DNA from: Ylistrum balloti
Lineage: Eukaryota
Assembly: GCF_031769215.1 (NCBI RefSeq)
Contig: NW_026781912.1
Span: 992,001 to 1,056,000, forward strand
DNA: 64,000 nucleotides
Direction of reading: 5' to 3'
Positions 25,744 through 38,100 of this stretch are shown here, piece by piece. A program made the position numbers and the translations under genes. The first letter of the stretch is position 1; each line of letters begins with the position of its first letter. The notes under the pieces are model-generated. The model had not been told where the DNA came from, searched no databases, and worked only from the letters and a program-made list of their open reading frames with translations.

Positions 25744-26857
25744 GGTAAAAGCTTTACGTACATGTATAGTTGATGATGTGTATGTAACGCTCGAAGTCTT
25801 TTATCACTATAAGTACACGCAAACACACGATAAACAGGTACACATGGGACCACATCCGTACCCAGTGTAGATAACGATCCAGATAGAAATGTGTATTTCA
25901 AGATAGTGGTTATATATAGATATTTATAGTTAAACCAATAACAACACCAACTAAATCTACTTCATGTGAGTTTCAAGCAATAAGCGGCGCTTAATTGTAG
26001 ACCGTGCCTCATTTTGTAAAATTCGTACTACACTGTGTGTGTTTTGTTTTTCATTTCGCAACAGTAAAAAATAAATATTGTTTAAAAAATAAAAACCTCT
26101 CTTGATTTGTTGTTACGAACAGGGACGTAGCTTCCATAGAAAGAAAAAGTCCGGGCTTACACATAAAAAAATCCGTGCATAGAGTATGTCGGAAAAAATT
26201 ATAAAACTTCGGTTGAAAATAAATATCTAATATTTTTGATAAATAAAAAAATATAAATAGAAAATTGTTGAATAACTAGGCCTAGTGCATTGCTTTCCGG
26301 AATTTTATACACGTCATACTATTCTACGTCTTACTATCATTTCAACGTTTCCGATTATAATGTTTGTTAAAGTGCAAATTTTCAAAATGAAGAAGGCTTC
26401 TAGATTACAGACGTCGATCGACAAGTTTTTAAAACAAAATAAAGTCGAATCGAGTGACCACACTAAAAGTGACACATCAAAGACCGAAGGTACATATAAC
26501 CAAGACACGGAAACTGTCAAGGACATTTTCGCGAATCAAAAGAACAGAAAATTAGCTTTCATTTAGTCAGGAGTTGAAGTTTGTTGTTAAACGAATAAAA
26601 AAAACAGTCTCAGAAAATGATTCAAAACATCTTTGAAATAATGAAATTCCTTTTCCGTTGGGGGCCTTCGCCCTAGGCGGCCCCCAGACCCCTCGCCCTG
26701 GCTTACACATTTCTACTGGGCTAACTTTGCCCCTTATGAAGCATACGGAACGTTTTCTTGGCAAAAAGAATAATTTTATAACTTTCCGCTCATAAAACTT
26801 AAGCGTTTATTCAACATTGATATATTAAAAACTCGATCAATGAAACGCTTTATGACA

Positions 26858-29800
26858 ATGGGGAACAAAGAAAGTAGACTTCGAATAGCTGAGAGTGAAA
26901 GCGACGAAGACGATGAAGAGAACAGACAAGACAGAAATATTTCTGGGAGAGATGAAAAATCGACTACTGTTACACCCTTCAAAACTTATTCACAAGAACA
27001 CACGCCGTTACTGGTTGAGGTAACGTTAGGTTGCATGCAGCAGAGACGTATATATCACATGTGATATATGTCTCTGCATGCAGTCATTAAAATGCCAACC
27101 GGCACTGATGGGTCCATGGTAGCACAGTCAGTACTGTTAAGAGCATCGGACTTCACAACCGCAAATAAAGATGCAGGTGTGGCTTGATCCCTACCTGAGG
27201 CGGTTTATGTTTCTAATGCACTTAGACGGCAGACAATTTGATTAAAACATTTCTTGACTTTGGCTTCCGGTTCGTAAATTTTACTCCACTGACGTAGATA
27301 AGTTTACTCAACGGGTGCCAAGATCAAGATATGTTTTAATCAAATTGAACGTCCAGTGATCTGGCCACCAGCAAGACTATTACATTGAGATTACGCCTCA
27401 AAGTGTCCCTGACTGTTCACGGTTAACACAACCACCAAACCAAAGTGAAAATAGCCTACGTGATAAATGCAAAATTGATTGTCTTCCATCCATGAATAGT
27501 ACATATTAGATTTTGTTTAGTTTGATACAATATTCAATTTATTACTAGACTAAAGGGAATTCAAGCAAAGGTTTTTGACTTGTACTGTAAACAGTATTAA
27601 CACATTCATTGTTAACAAAATCCACACCAGTAAATCTGTCTCATTACAAATGTTTGGGTTTTCCAGAAGATTCAACACTGTCTGTCTTCCTTTCCACTAG
27701 CCAAACCAGTACTGACGGATCAATTGTTAGAAAGACTAGCCAGTCAAGTAGTGGTCAGAGAATACGAAGCTCATCAAGATGTCGTTTGCCAAGGTCAATT
27801 GTAATACTATAAACTGACTCATTGTGATTTTATCATTATCCTTTTTAAAGATTTACATAAATTTCAGCAAAGGAATTTCTTTGGACAAAACTCAGATAAA
27901 AACGAATTCATAACTATCAGTTTAATGAAAGAATAATTAGTTTATATACAATAATCTATTCCTCTGTAATTTCTCTGACTAATCATTCAAACTGTTTTTG
28001 ATGGTTTTCAAAATTGTATATGATTTTCAAAAGTATCAATACAAATCTTGGTATGTTTGTCAACAATATGGGTTATTTCCACACAATTGAGTAGCTGGGT
28101 TTTTTTTACCAGTGTTGAATGAGTTTTGAGAAACTAATTTGTTTTATTTCCATAGCACAGGTCGGAAGACAAACGGATTATTCATTATTTTTGAGGGACA
28201 TGTTGAGGTCATTACCTCAGAAGGGGAGATAATTGCAGAATTATTCAAGGGAGACTACTTTGGGGAAGTGTCTGTACTTTATGATGTGCCGTGCACAGCC
28301 ACAGTCCGAACAAAGGGGAAGTGTCATCTTCTTCTGTTAAAAAGCAAGGTCAATCAGAAACTACTTGGCAAAGTCAAGGTCAAGATGGAAATGATAGACT
28401 GGTTTGTGACAAAGCGATATATTCCAGTCGGTGCAACAATGGACCATGAAAGAGCTATACGGAGGATGGTATTCACATATCTGAGCAAGGTTGTTACCAA
28501 TATTTTAAAATCAGGGTAAATAACAATAACGGAGAGATGGTCCATATTCTGTATACCACGGACAGAGAAAGTAACCTGCTGTTTGTTGTATGAGATGACC
28601 AATGCTTGAAAAATGAAGAGCTGGAAATTTGCCTTTCCATGTTCTGCTGAAGGGATAGTTTCGAAACCAAATACTGACATGCATTCCCTATTACAAATTA
28701 CAGTTCAATGAAATTTCATTTTTCTCATTCACTTAATTTTATTCAGTAAATCTTCTGGGCCCCATATAAATATAATGTCATCATAAAATATGACGTCATG
28801 ATTTTACAATATACAATAAGGTTATTTTGCAATGTAGACATGTCGTCATAATCTATGTATCTAGTTACTTTTTGAAGCCATTTTAACTGAAAAAACAAAT
28901 ACATGTATTTCATATATCCATTTAGAAGAAAAATTACATATGTGTATACAAAGAAAAAGCAATAATTTTCATAGGTTCCAGTTTTTGCAGACTGGTCTGA
29001 TTTGGCACTGAAGAGCCTCGTTCTGGAGATAAAACCGGCCCTTGTAGTCCTTTACTCACCAGGCTCCGTGGTTGCCATGCACGGGGACCCACCAGTCTCC
29101 ATCAATGTCATAATCAAAGGGAGGTAAGGCATTACCATTACGTACGGAAAACTGCATTACACGTGTCATATAACATGATCTTCAGGGGAGATAATTTATA
29201 TCACTGTTGGTGAGAGGTACTGACGTTATAAAAGCTTAAATGTCATCAATGAGGTACCTCGTCGTAAATTAGGGGATATATTTTATGTCCTCATCATGAG
29301 GTGCATTTAAACAGCACAACTGGGGATGTGCAGGGAAGGACAGAAAATTCCAATCATTCATGATTTTTCTTCAATGATGGTAACTTTAATTTCTGTCAAA
29401 TAACAGTAGCAATGTGTTGACCTTGTGATATTTCTGCAAACGTTTCAATTTCATGTTATGGTGGTTGACCTTTTGACCTTGCCTGTAGGGTGGTTTTAAG
29501 TGATCAAGATTGTGCAACGCTAGTGAAAGTAGATGCTAACGTGTCCCCTTTCACCATTGGAGAGGAAGGTATTTATGTATGTTTTGTTTTAAATTCTTTG
29601 AATAACAGATGAGAACAAACGAAACATTGTTTTATGCCTTTGGTCTGGTTTATATAAATAAAGTGTAAAATGTATTTGATATCTCTAATTTTGGTTTGAT
29701 TTTTATCTCTTGTCTCTGGTTTCTTATGTTTCATGTGATAAAAATTATGTTGACATCATACACAAAAGAGTTTTTGATTGAGGTTTAGATGTTATGAATT

Positions 29801-32800
29801 TGTAAGTCTATCCATTTTCTGATTTGTAGTTCAGTCTCCTGTTTTCCTTTGGTCTGGAAGATGTTTCTAGACCCAAACAGATATGATATATTATTTTGCA
29901 TATAAGACACGTCAGTTTTTTAGGATCCAAGCTGAACACTATCCATGTCTCAATGAGGTCAACACACCAAGCAATCACATATCCTTTTTTGCCCCTATTA
30001 AATAATTTCAAAGACTGCCATCCCCATCATTTTGTTGTAACAAGAGGTTGCATCATCTGAATTTTTACTGATAAAACATCCTCTTTTGTCTTTGTACTCA
30101 TTTCAATTTTTAATATGAAATGAAAAACAAACATTTGTGTGACCATGATCTGGGTATTTGTTACCTTTATGTCACCTGGAGTGATTAAAAGTCCTACGTT
30201 ATAAATGATCTATTGTATACCTTTCACTAGGTGTTTTTTGTGGACTGGACAACCAAGTAACAGTCATCACTACTACCTGTTGTAAGGTAGTCCCGATCCG
30301 GACAGAGTGGATACAGAACATTATAGCTCAGGTAGGATCTAACTCCGGTATCTTCTCAAGATAGACTGTGTCTTTGTTATATTTTACCTTAAACGAAGAA
30401 CAGGTTGAATTTGTTACTCCTTGTTTTGCCTTCTTGCAAACCTCAAACAGGCAATATACGCTCAAAAAGGCGAGGTGGATCCATTACAATTCATTTTATA
30501 TTACCTAAAATTTTGAAACAGAAATTATCACAGAGACCTATGGAAATTATATTTATGATTCTGTTTTTTGTTAGAAATCACCCAGCCTGTAAGATGAGAC
30601 CATGTGTTTCTAATTGGATTTTAAAAAGTTGAATGTCCTAAAAGCACGAAAAGAAGGTTTAGGATGAGATTCTACACCTGTCTGTTTGAGCTGCTAGGAA
30701 GGCATTTTCTTTTCCTTTTTTATGGATATGGTCAACATATCAAAACTATTCTAAACAACAAAAAGGATATATGTACTATGTGATTACTAGAACCAATATT
30801 GTTAGGTCTGTGTACAATTAACAGTATGCCTCTCATCAGTATATCTGAATTCTCAAGCATCCACAAGAAGCTGGCACAGCCTGGAGTTCCATACAAACAA
30901 AATGGAAGGCAAAAGTGAATAAGGGGGCTACAATATACTCAAAGTACCCAACCAATCTACAGTTTGAGGTAAACTGACCATCTGCTAGGAATGGCATGTA
31001 TTAATGGTTACTTCAAATCTTTATACACATCACTGGAAAGATAAAAGAACCAGACTAGATTGATATTTATCATAAGTTTTCTCTATTCTGCTTATTCTTG
31101 CTTGTGTACTTTTCCCTTAGAATGTTGCTTTTTTTTAAAGAATATAAATTCTTGTGTACCTAAATTACACTGAATGACACAAAGAATGTTACAATCTTCA
31201 GGTGATCTTCCAGTCACTGAAGCAGAACAAAGTGTTTGGTCAGTGTACAGACAGGTGTTTGTATGACTTGTGTCTACATTGCCAACCACAGGAGTTTTAT
31301 CCTGGTACAACTGTATGTACAAAGGAGGAATATGGTTAGTTATTATCAAGTAAACTCATCTAAACTGATACATGTTATATATACATCAAAGCGAGGAAGT
31401 GATATAATCATGGATTACCTCCCCTCATTAACCTTGTATCTTTGTATTTTTGTATCCGAATACCCATATATCTATTTTAAAACCTTTACAAACTTAAATA
31501 TTAGGTGTTTCCCCACTAACAACAGTTAAACAATTCTGACATAGACAAAGATTTGACTGATTAATCAACTGTAAGAATCCTTTCCTGGAGAAAGTTTATG
31601 ATCAGTAAATTTTAATCGAGCCAGATATCCTTAACACATCTTTAGTATGATATGAAATAAATGTGTCCTGTAATACTGTAGTAAGTCATCAGTAGGAAAA
31701 ACTGAAATTTCTTCTGGTAACTTTTAAAAACAGAAAGAATTTTATTTCCAGATGAACACCTATTTGTCATGATCCTAATTGGCGAAACTGAGCTGGTTAC
31801 TGATCCACAGATGCCCTCGGAACACATCTTTGGTCCTGGTGATGTATTCTGTGAGTTTATCTCATTATCAGAAATAAAAATACTGATTTCTATTTTGTAA
31901 CATGAACTTGAGTTCAGAAATGACAGTCATTTTACTATTTCACTTGCAATCGAAGTATTTCAATGAAATCTTAACCATTTTCTCTTTACTTACATGAAAT
32001 TCTTTAGAAGTCAGTACTCCGGTAATGTGTACTATGTATCAACAGACCAGCAGGTAAATTGAAAACATTACATAGAGTACTGATAATCAAAGATGAGACA
32101 GTCCACCACCATTAGAAACATCAGCAGTGTATGGTGTTTGTCCAGCGATAAGCCCGTGTTTACAGTAATAAGCCCACACATATTTACTGCTATTCAGTTT
32201 TAACCCCATGCTTTATCATTGTCTTGTAAGAATTTGAACTCTTCTTGGGCTTAAGGTGGAAATTGATAATGCCAGTCCTATTGACCTTTGACCTTGTGAC
32301 ATTCGCTTCTGGAACCAACTTGGCTTCTCTTTAGGCAAGATTTACTAGTTAACAGATTTTCACCTTGATCTGAATTTTTGGTGGCATCAGTAAATTGTGT
32401 CTTTTAAATCAATTTTCAATTCAGTTTGTTTTATCATACCAAAATACTTGTATTCAGTTTTAAACACGATATGTTTGAGAAACATGATGCCCAAAGCAAA
32501 AGTAATTGGTGAAGGCTAGGACATTCAACTGAAAGGTATTTCTGACAGTTGAAATTAAAAGTTATTTGACAGAATCAAAGAAATCATCTGTTTCATGGAT
32601 TTAAAAGTCCTGTGACAAATATTCTCATATTTTGACCAATATCAAATTCACCAGAGATCTTTCAATCTGTTGAAAAATTATTTGACAAAGACTCTAAAAC
32701 AGGCACACAGACATGGATACTTCCATCAATGAAGAGTTTTTGATTATATCTGGGCCATGAGAAGAAGATTTTGAAAATTTCAATCAATTGACCCATTTTT

Positions 32801-33609
32801 GCCTGCAAGCCCCTTGTTGTGTCATTTCTGACCAGATGTGTGAAGAGAATGCCAAGAGAGGTTATCTGGGCATTCAGGTTTTTTTACCATCAGATGTCTA
32901 TTAAGTGTGAAAGTTTAATGTATGACAGGGAGTGTGCTATTTGAGAATTAAAAGGTGTCAACAGAAGTGGGGAACACACAAACGTCAGTATGATAGTGTC
33001 TTGCCTGGTGAGACTAGTCTTGTAACGCAAGAACTAGATCTGGATCAATATAATGTATATATATAATTATTGTGCTGTAAATAAACAGAAAACAGAAGAA
33101 AAAGATTAATCATAAATCTCAATAACACAGCAAGCCATTGGCTCTGTCACAATGATAAACATTACTCCCTTTCCAAGAGGAAACGCGAGACCCTTGGGTT
33201 ATAAAGTTCACATTTTTGATAGGAGAATTTCGAAATTTTAATGCATTTAACCCATTTTGGCCGCACCTCCAGGGCGTCTGGGGGATGTGGACTATTTAAT
33301 TCACAATTTTAGTTCATCTTTGACCATGGGAGGATTCTTCAAAATTTCATAAAGGGTGTTGGTAGACTGATGGATCTTATTCAACTGTTGGAATTTGAGA
33401 AGTAACCCTTCCACCTATCTCCTTTGTAAAAACTTTAAAACTTCTTAACCTTTTCTTCAGGTCGCTGTGAATGGATGGACAGCACTGGTCAACTTAAAGC
33501 TCTTTGTCAGTGTCTTGTGGTCAAGTTGACCCAAAATGATGTTTTCAGGGTCACTGAATCCTGTCCTGACTCCGTCCTGACCTATCCACCAGAGAACTAT
33601 GTACCATAG
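26858..33609 (+). CDS. Cyclic-nucleotide-binding-domain protein with three CNB-like domains and an N-terminal MGxxxS motif (10 exons, 479 aa)
   Basis: Exons 26858-27019, 27667-27793, 28161-28489, 28975-29123, 29489-29568, 30231-30331, 30858-30968, 31202-31334, 31752-31850, 33461-33609 total 1440 nt, all GT-AG with consistent phases. Domain 1 contains GLFIIFEGHVEV...GDYFGEVSVLYDVPCTATV. Domains 2 and 3 begin VPVFADWS and NKVFGQCT. Confidence 0.82.
27032..27082. repeat. Short palindromic element (CAGAGACGTATATATCACRTGATATATACGTCTCTG family), copy 1
   Basis: tgcatgcagcagagacgtatatatcacatgtgatatatgtctctgcatgca, 12 nt into intron 1 of the CNBD gene. Confidence 0.8.
27110..27440 (+). mobile_element. 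Degenerate tRNA-derived SINE containing a ~115-bp inverted-repeat insert
   Basis: A-box-like tagcacagtcag (~27120) and B-box-like ggcttgatccc (27181). The tail cctcaaagtgtccctgactgttcacgg resembles the 19.4-kb SINE tail. A 24-bp inverted repeat lies at 27234-27257 / 27324-27347. Confidence 0.5.
32480..33420. repeat. Degenerate HINE/satellite-like fragments in the last CNBD intron
   Basis: Motifs shared with other copies in the window (gaagaagattttgaaaatttc, ccccattttggcc, aaaatttcat). Confidence 0.4.
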
Positions 33610-35170
33610 ACCATATTGTGTCAGGGGAGACATGTAATTCATGGAAATCAAAATACAGACATGTAGATACACGTAGGCTACAGATAACATTTTGGTAGAA
33701 TTAACAGAACAAATGTCCATGTACATCTGTATCTAAAATCTTGCAGCATAATGAAGTTCTGAAGGCATGAATTTGTTTTTTAGTCTTTTATCAACAAGAA
33801 TTAACAGATTATATAAACACAATACTTGTTTCCTTTAACAATTATCTAAGAGGCATACTATTTTTGGAAACAGTTGTTAATTACATACAAACTATACAAT
33901 CTGTCTGAAGATTGTATATTTTCTGTATACTCTTGTTTTCAAATATTCATAGAGTACAAGTATTGTCATGTTCAGCACAGGCCAGGGTATCTTTTTGAAA
34001 CTGCTCAAAATAGAAAAATAAGTGTAGTACTCGTGTATACAAATACATACAGAGCACATAAAAAAAGCTTTTTTCGGGCACATACTTCAAGAAAAAGTCT
34101 GTTCTATTTGAACAAGCAACAAATTAAGAAATTCAAATAAAGCACAAGTCTTGATAATTTTTGTTAATGAACCTCCATATGTCCTACCTAATGATGGAAA
34201 TGGTTCAAGAACTGAAGACATATGATAGATTGTGACCAATTATCATTTATTAATGTCGTCAAATTCTAGTCATTTAATACTGTAAACATAGAAAACTTAC
34301 TGTAAATCTTGGGCCTAGGTTGTTAACAACATCAGATTGGGTTAGCAGCTAATTACTTATAATTATAGAATGTGATATGTTATAAGCAAGCCACTTCCTA
34401 AATACATGTAGAAAATCTAACTGCTTAAGCTTTGTCTCCAGAATTATTCATTTAAATAAATATAATTTCCTCTCGTTTATGACCTTAGAAGAAGAAAATA
34501 TTATGTCATCATTTTCTCTTTTAAGTCATGAAAGATATAGTTTGACATTTTCTTAAAAAAAGATTTCTATGTGTACATTATAAATCAAATTTGGTTGCCA
34601 AGCTACCTGACCATATTGTTTTCAAAAATAGTTTCTCTTAAGAAGTGCAAGTAAAAAGCATGTCTAAAAGCAGGTTTCTACAACTCCAACTCCCAACAAT
34701 TTTGCTTTGTTTGATACTGGAAAGGACATATAGCCACAAATATCAGTACTCAGTACAATTAGAAAGTGGTGTACCGATGTCTTTCAACTGTCAGAAACTG
34801 TTAAAAAACTGAAATTGTTCCAAATAAACACTTTAAACCAATTCTAGGAAAGGATTGTTCAACACAAAGAGACCCTGTTACAAAATATTAGTATCCTGGT
34901 ACAGTTATAGCGATACACTAATATTTTTCAATATTTGCACTAAAACCTTTGTATAAAATCGAACACCCACACCAGGGTGACAACATTAGCTTGCCCTCTT
35001 TTTTGAAGAGGAAAGATAAGATAATACAACCAATAACAGTTATATACAGCGTTTCATACCTTGAAGTTTCCATGGTAATCTCTGAAATAAAACATAATTT
35101 TAATCACCATGGTAACCGAACCTATAGTTTATTCAAGCACCACCAGGATTGTTCAAAACAAACATGTCCC

Positions 35171-38100
35171 CTAAGCAATTCTTTTTCTTTTGTAAGTACC
35201 TTTGTTAGGAGAGCTAGGTGGGCTGACACTGTTTAAGGAATTCCTAAACCCACTTGGTTGTGGCCCATTTTTTCTGTAAACCTTATCACTTCGTCTATCT
35301 GAGTGTAAAGGCTCTGGCGCCATCCCTTCATTATCATATCTGGCTGTTTCTGTATCCATTCTGCTACCTCGGACACTTTCTTTGTCCATTCTGCTACCTC
35401 TCACCAATTCCTTTTCCATTCTCTTTCCTCGTTGAATTTCTTTCTCCATTCTTTTGGACTGTGTCATGTCTGTATCCATCCTATTTCCTCTCATTATATC
35501 ACTCCCTGGTCTTTTTTCTCTGATAATTTCTGCATCTAGTCTGTTGGCTATCAGAGGGTGATTTTCTACCTCTGAAATATGCGCACTTGATTCCAAAATC
35601 TCCACTCTGTGATCCAAACTCACAATAACAGTTTGAAGCTGCAAAAGATTTATCCGAAACATTGGGTACGTAAAAAACTGCAGAATTATATTTTTGCAGC
35701 AATGCAAGTAAAATCTCATTCAAACCTGTAGGTCTGGATCACTCACACAGGTTATTTATCTCCAGATAAGAACATTTTGTTGTTGTTGTTGACTGACCCC
35801 TATATATGTTGAGATGGAATTCCATTTTATAGTAGATTATGTTTGTACAACTAAAAACTGGCAAAAAATTAACACACCATTAGAATATATAAAACATTCA
35901 GTTATTTTCCTATGAAACCAGGAAGGAACCATAACATATAAAGCTAGCTAAGATGATGACAGAAGAACCAGAGACGGGATATTATTATTAAAATGACCCT
36001 ATACTGAAAAATTACTCACAATTTTTTTGTGATGCCAAATGTAGATACATGAAAACATGTCCATTCATTTATTGCAGTCACTTGGGTCTTGATTCATTCA
36101 CCATTCTATTTCTTGGGTCTAAACCACAACTGACACCTATATGCAACAATAGCTATGTTTACAAATTATCTCCCCTTTGGTCTAATAGAAAGTCTCACTC
36201 TCCTTTAGGTACTGTCAGGGATCACATGACTTCAATTTGGAGAGCAGTCAAATAAAATGACCATACTATACCGAGGAATGAAGGTTTGTGATAACGGTCA
36301 TATGTATAGTTCTTAGTTACCTTACACAATAACAATCCAATGTACACTAACTCCATGGTAAATTACAACGGTCAGAAATTACCACAATTTTTGAGAACAT
36401 TCTAACAAAAAAGTTGAGTTGAGTGATCATTTGCATAAACAACCTTTGGTGATGATTAAATCGGTCTGTATTTATCAATATACCACTTATTACATACCAA
36501 ATTCTGGTATTTCTTAAATAGTTTTTTTTTATAGAAATAATCACGTAAACATTATTTAATCTATAGTTAATTACATTTTCCTAAATCAATGAGTTCTCAA
36601 TACATAAAATCTCAATTTTAAGTAACCATTAATTGAGAGCTGAATGCATTATTATGCTAAACAAAGAGTTCCACAGAACTGTATGCGTCACCTGCATAAA
36701 GTGTCACGGTCACCCAGAAATCGAACTGGATGTCAAATTAATCTGTACCCTTCCAACGAGAAGCCGTATACCAAATTTCATTTCTATAACTCAATGCATA
36801 ACCAAAGAAAGTCCAGAAAATTTTCTAAGTTCAAAGAGGCGTAACTCTGCCAAGAAGGGTTACAGACAGCCAGGAATGGAACTTAATCTGTACCCTTCCA
36901 ACAAGAAGCCAAATACCAAATTTCATTTCAATAACTCAAAGGATGACCCAAAAAAGTCCGGAAAACAATATTTCCAGAGAATTTTCTAAGTTCAAAGAGG
37001 CATAACTCTGCCAAGAAGGATTACAGACAGCCAGGAATCGAACTTAATCTGTACCGTTCCAACAAGAAGCCATATACTAAATTTCATTGTGATAGCTCAA
37101 AGCATAAGCGAAAAAAGTCCAGAAAACTTTCGTATGGATGCCGCCGCCGCCGCCGTGTGATGACGGACAAAGTGATCCCTAAGTGTCTGCTACCTTTGCT
37201 GGCGACACAAAAACTCGAGTAGTTACGAAGTGAATTACCCACTTTGCAGAAAACAGCAAATCATGAAATTTAAAACACTATAATACATGTACCTATAAAA
37301 AAACCCACAAAAAGAAAAAAAAGACGAAATTAATGACAAGATGATGTACCCTTGTCTCATCAAAAAGGGTATTATCAACCAACAGCCGAACAGCTGCTGT
37401 AAAGTAACCACCAACAGTTAAAACAAAATAATGAGAAACCAGTGTATGACTTGCCATAGGCTACAGCATAGTCTTTAGCTATCATAATTCTGTTTCCTCT
37501 CATTTACTCTATAGAAATTTGAGTCTGTTCTTTGGGTCTGAACTTACTGCTGTCAGTATGTTGTTTTATCAGGCACTCAGGTTAACATTTTCAAATGGTT
37601 GTTTTCGCCCTTGTAAACCACTGTTCATTTTCACCCAGTTTTAAATTCCCTAAAACACATAACAGATATACTTTTAGTTTCACTTCTATATTTAACCCTC
37701 CTTATACTTTCACTTTATTGTCTAAGCTTGATTTTGATACCTTTTTGAGTTCTTTTAAAAGCTCTTTGACATTGGTTAAGGTGACAAGGTCATTGATGTT
37801 CACATCATCTTCCTGGTTACAACTTCCAAAAGTGTAGCTGAAAAATTAATAGAAAGTAATGTATTTTTTTTATTTACCTTACAATAAGCAAATGAACACA
37901 TGGCCAGAATCAAATTCAGGAGGTGAGGTAATTACTGGACAAAAGTACAAAGTAGGGAGGTGGAATAGATACATAAAAACAAGAGATCCCAGAGGGATCT
38001 TGGCGCCCACCATTTGAGGATCTGTTTTCAGTTCTTGATGATTTGTTTATTTTTTTTGTGTGTTACAAGTGTTGTAAATGTTCATGAACTGGTTTTCATT

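Noticed and set aside
30332-30364. Stop codon read-through ending the CNBD gene at 30364
   Set aside because: The donor at 30332 links in phase to four more exons encoding a third CNB domain. A short isoform is not excluded.
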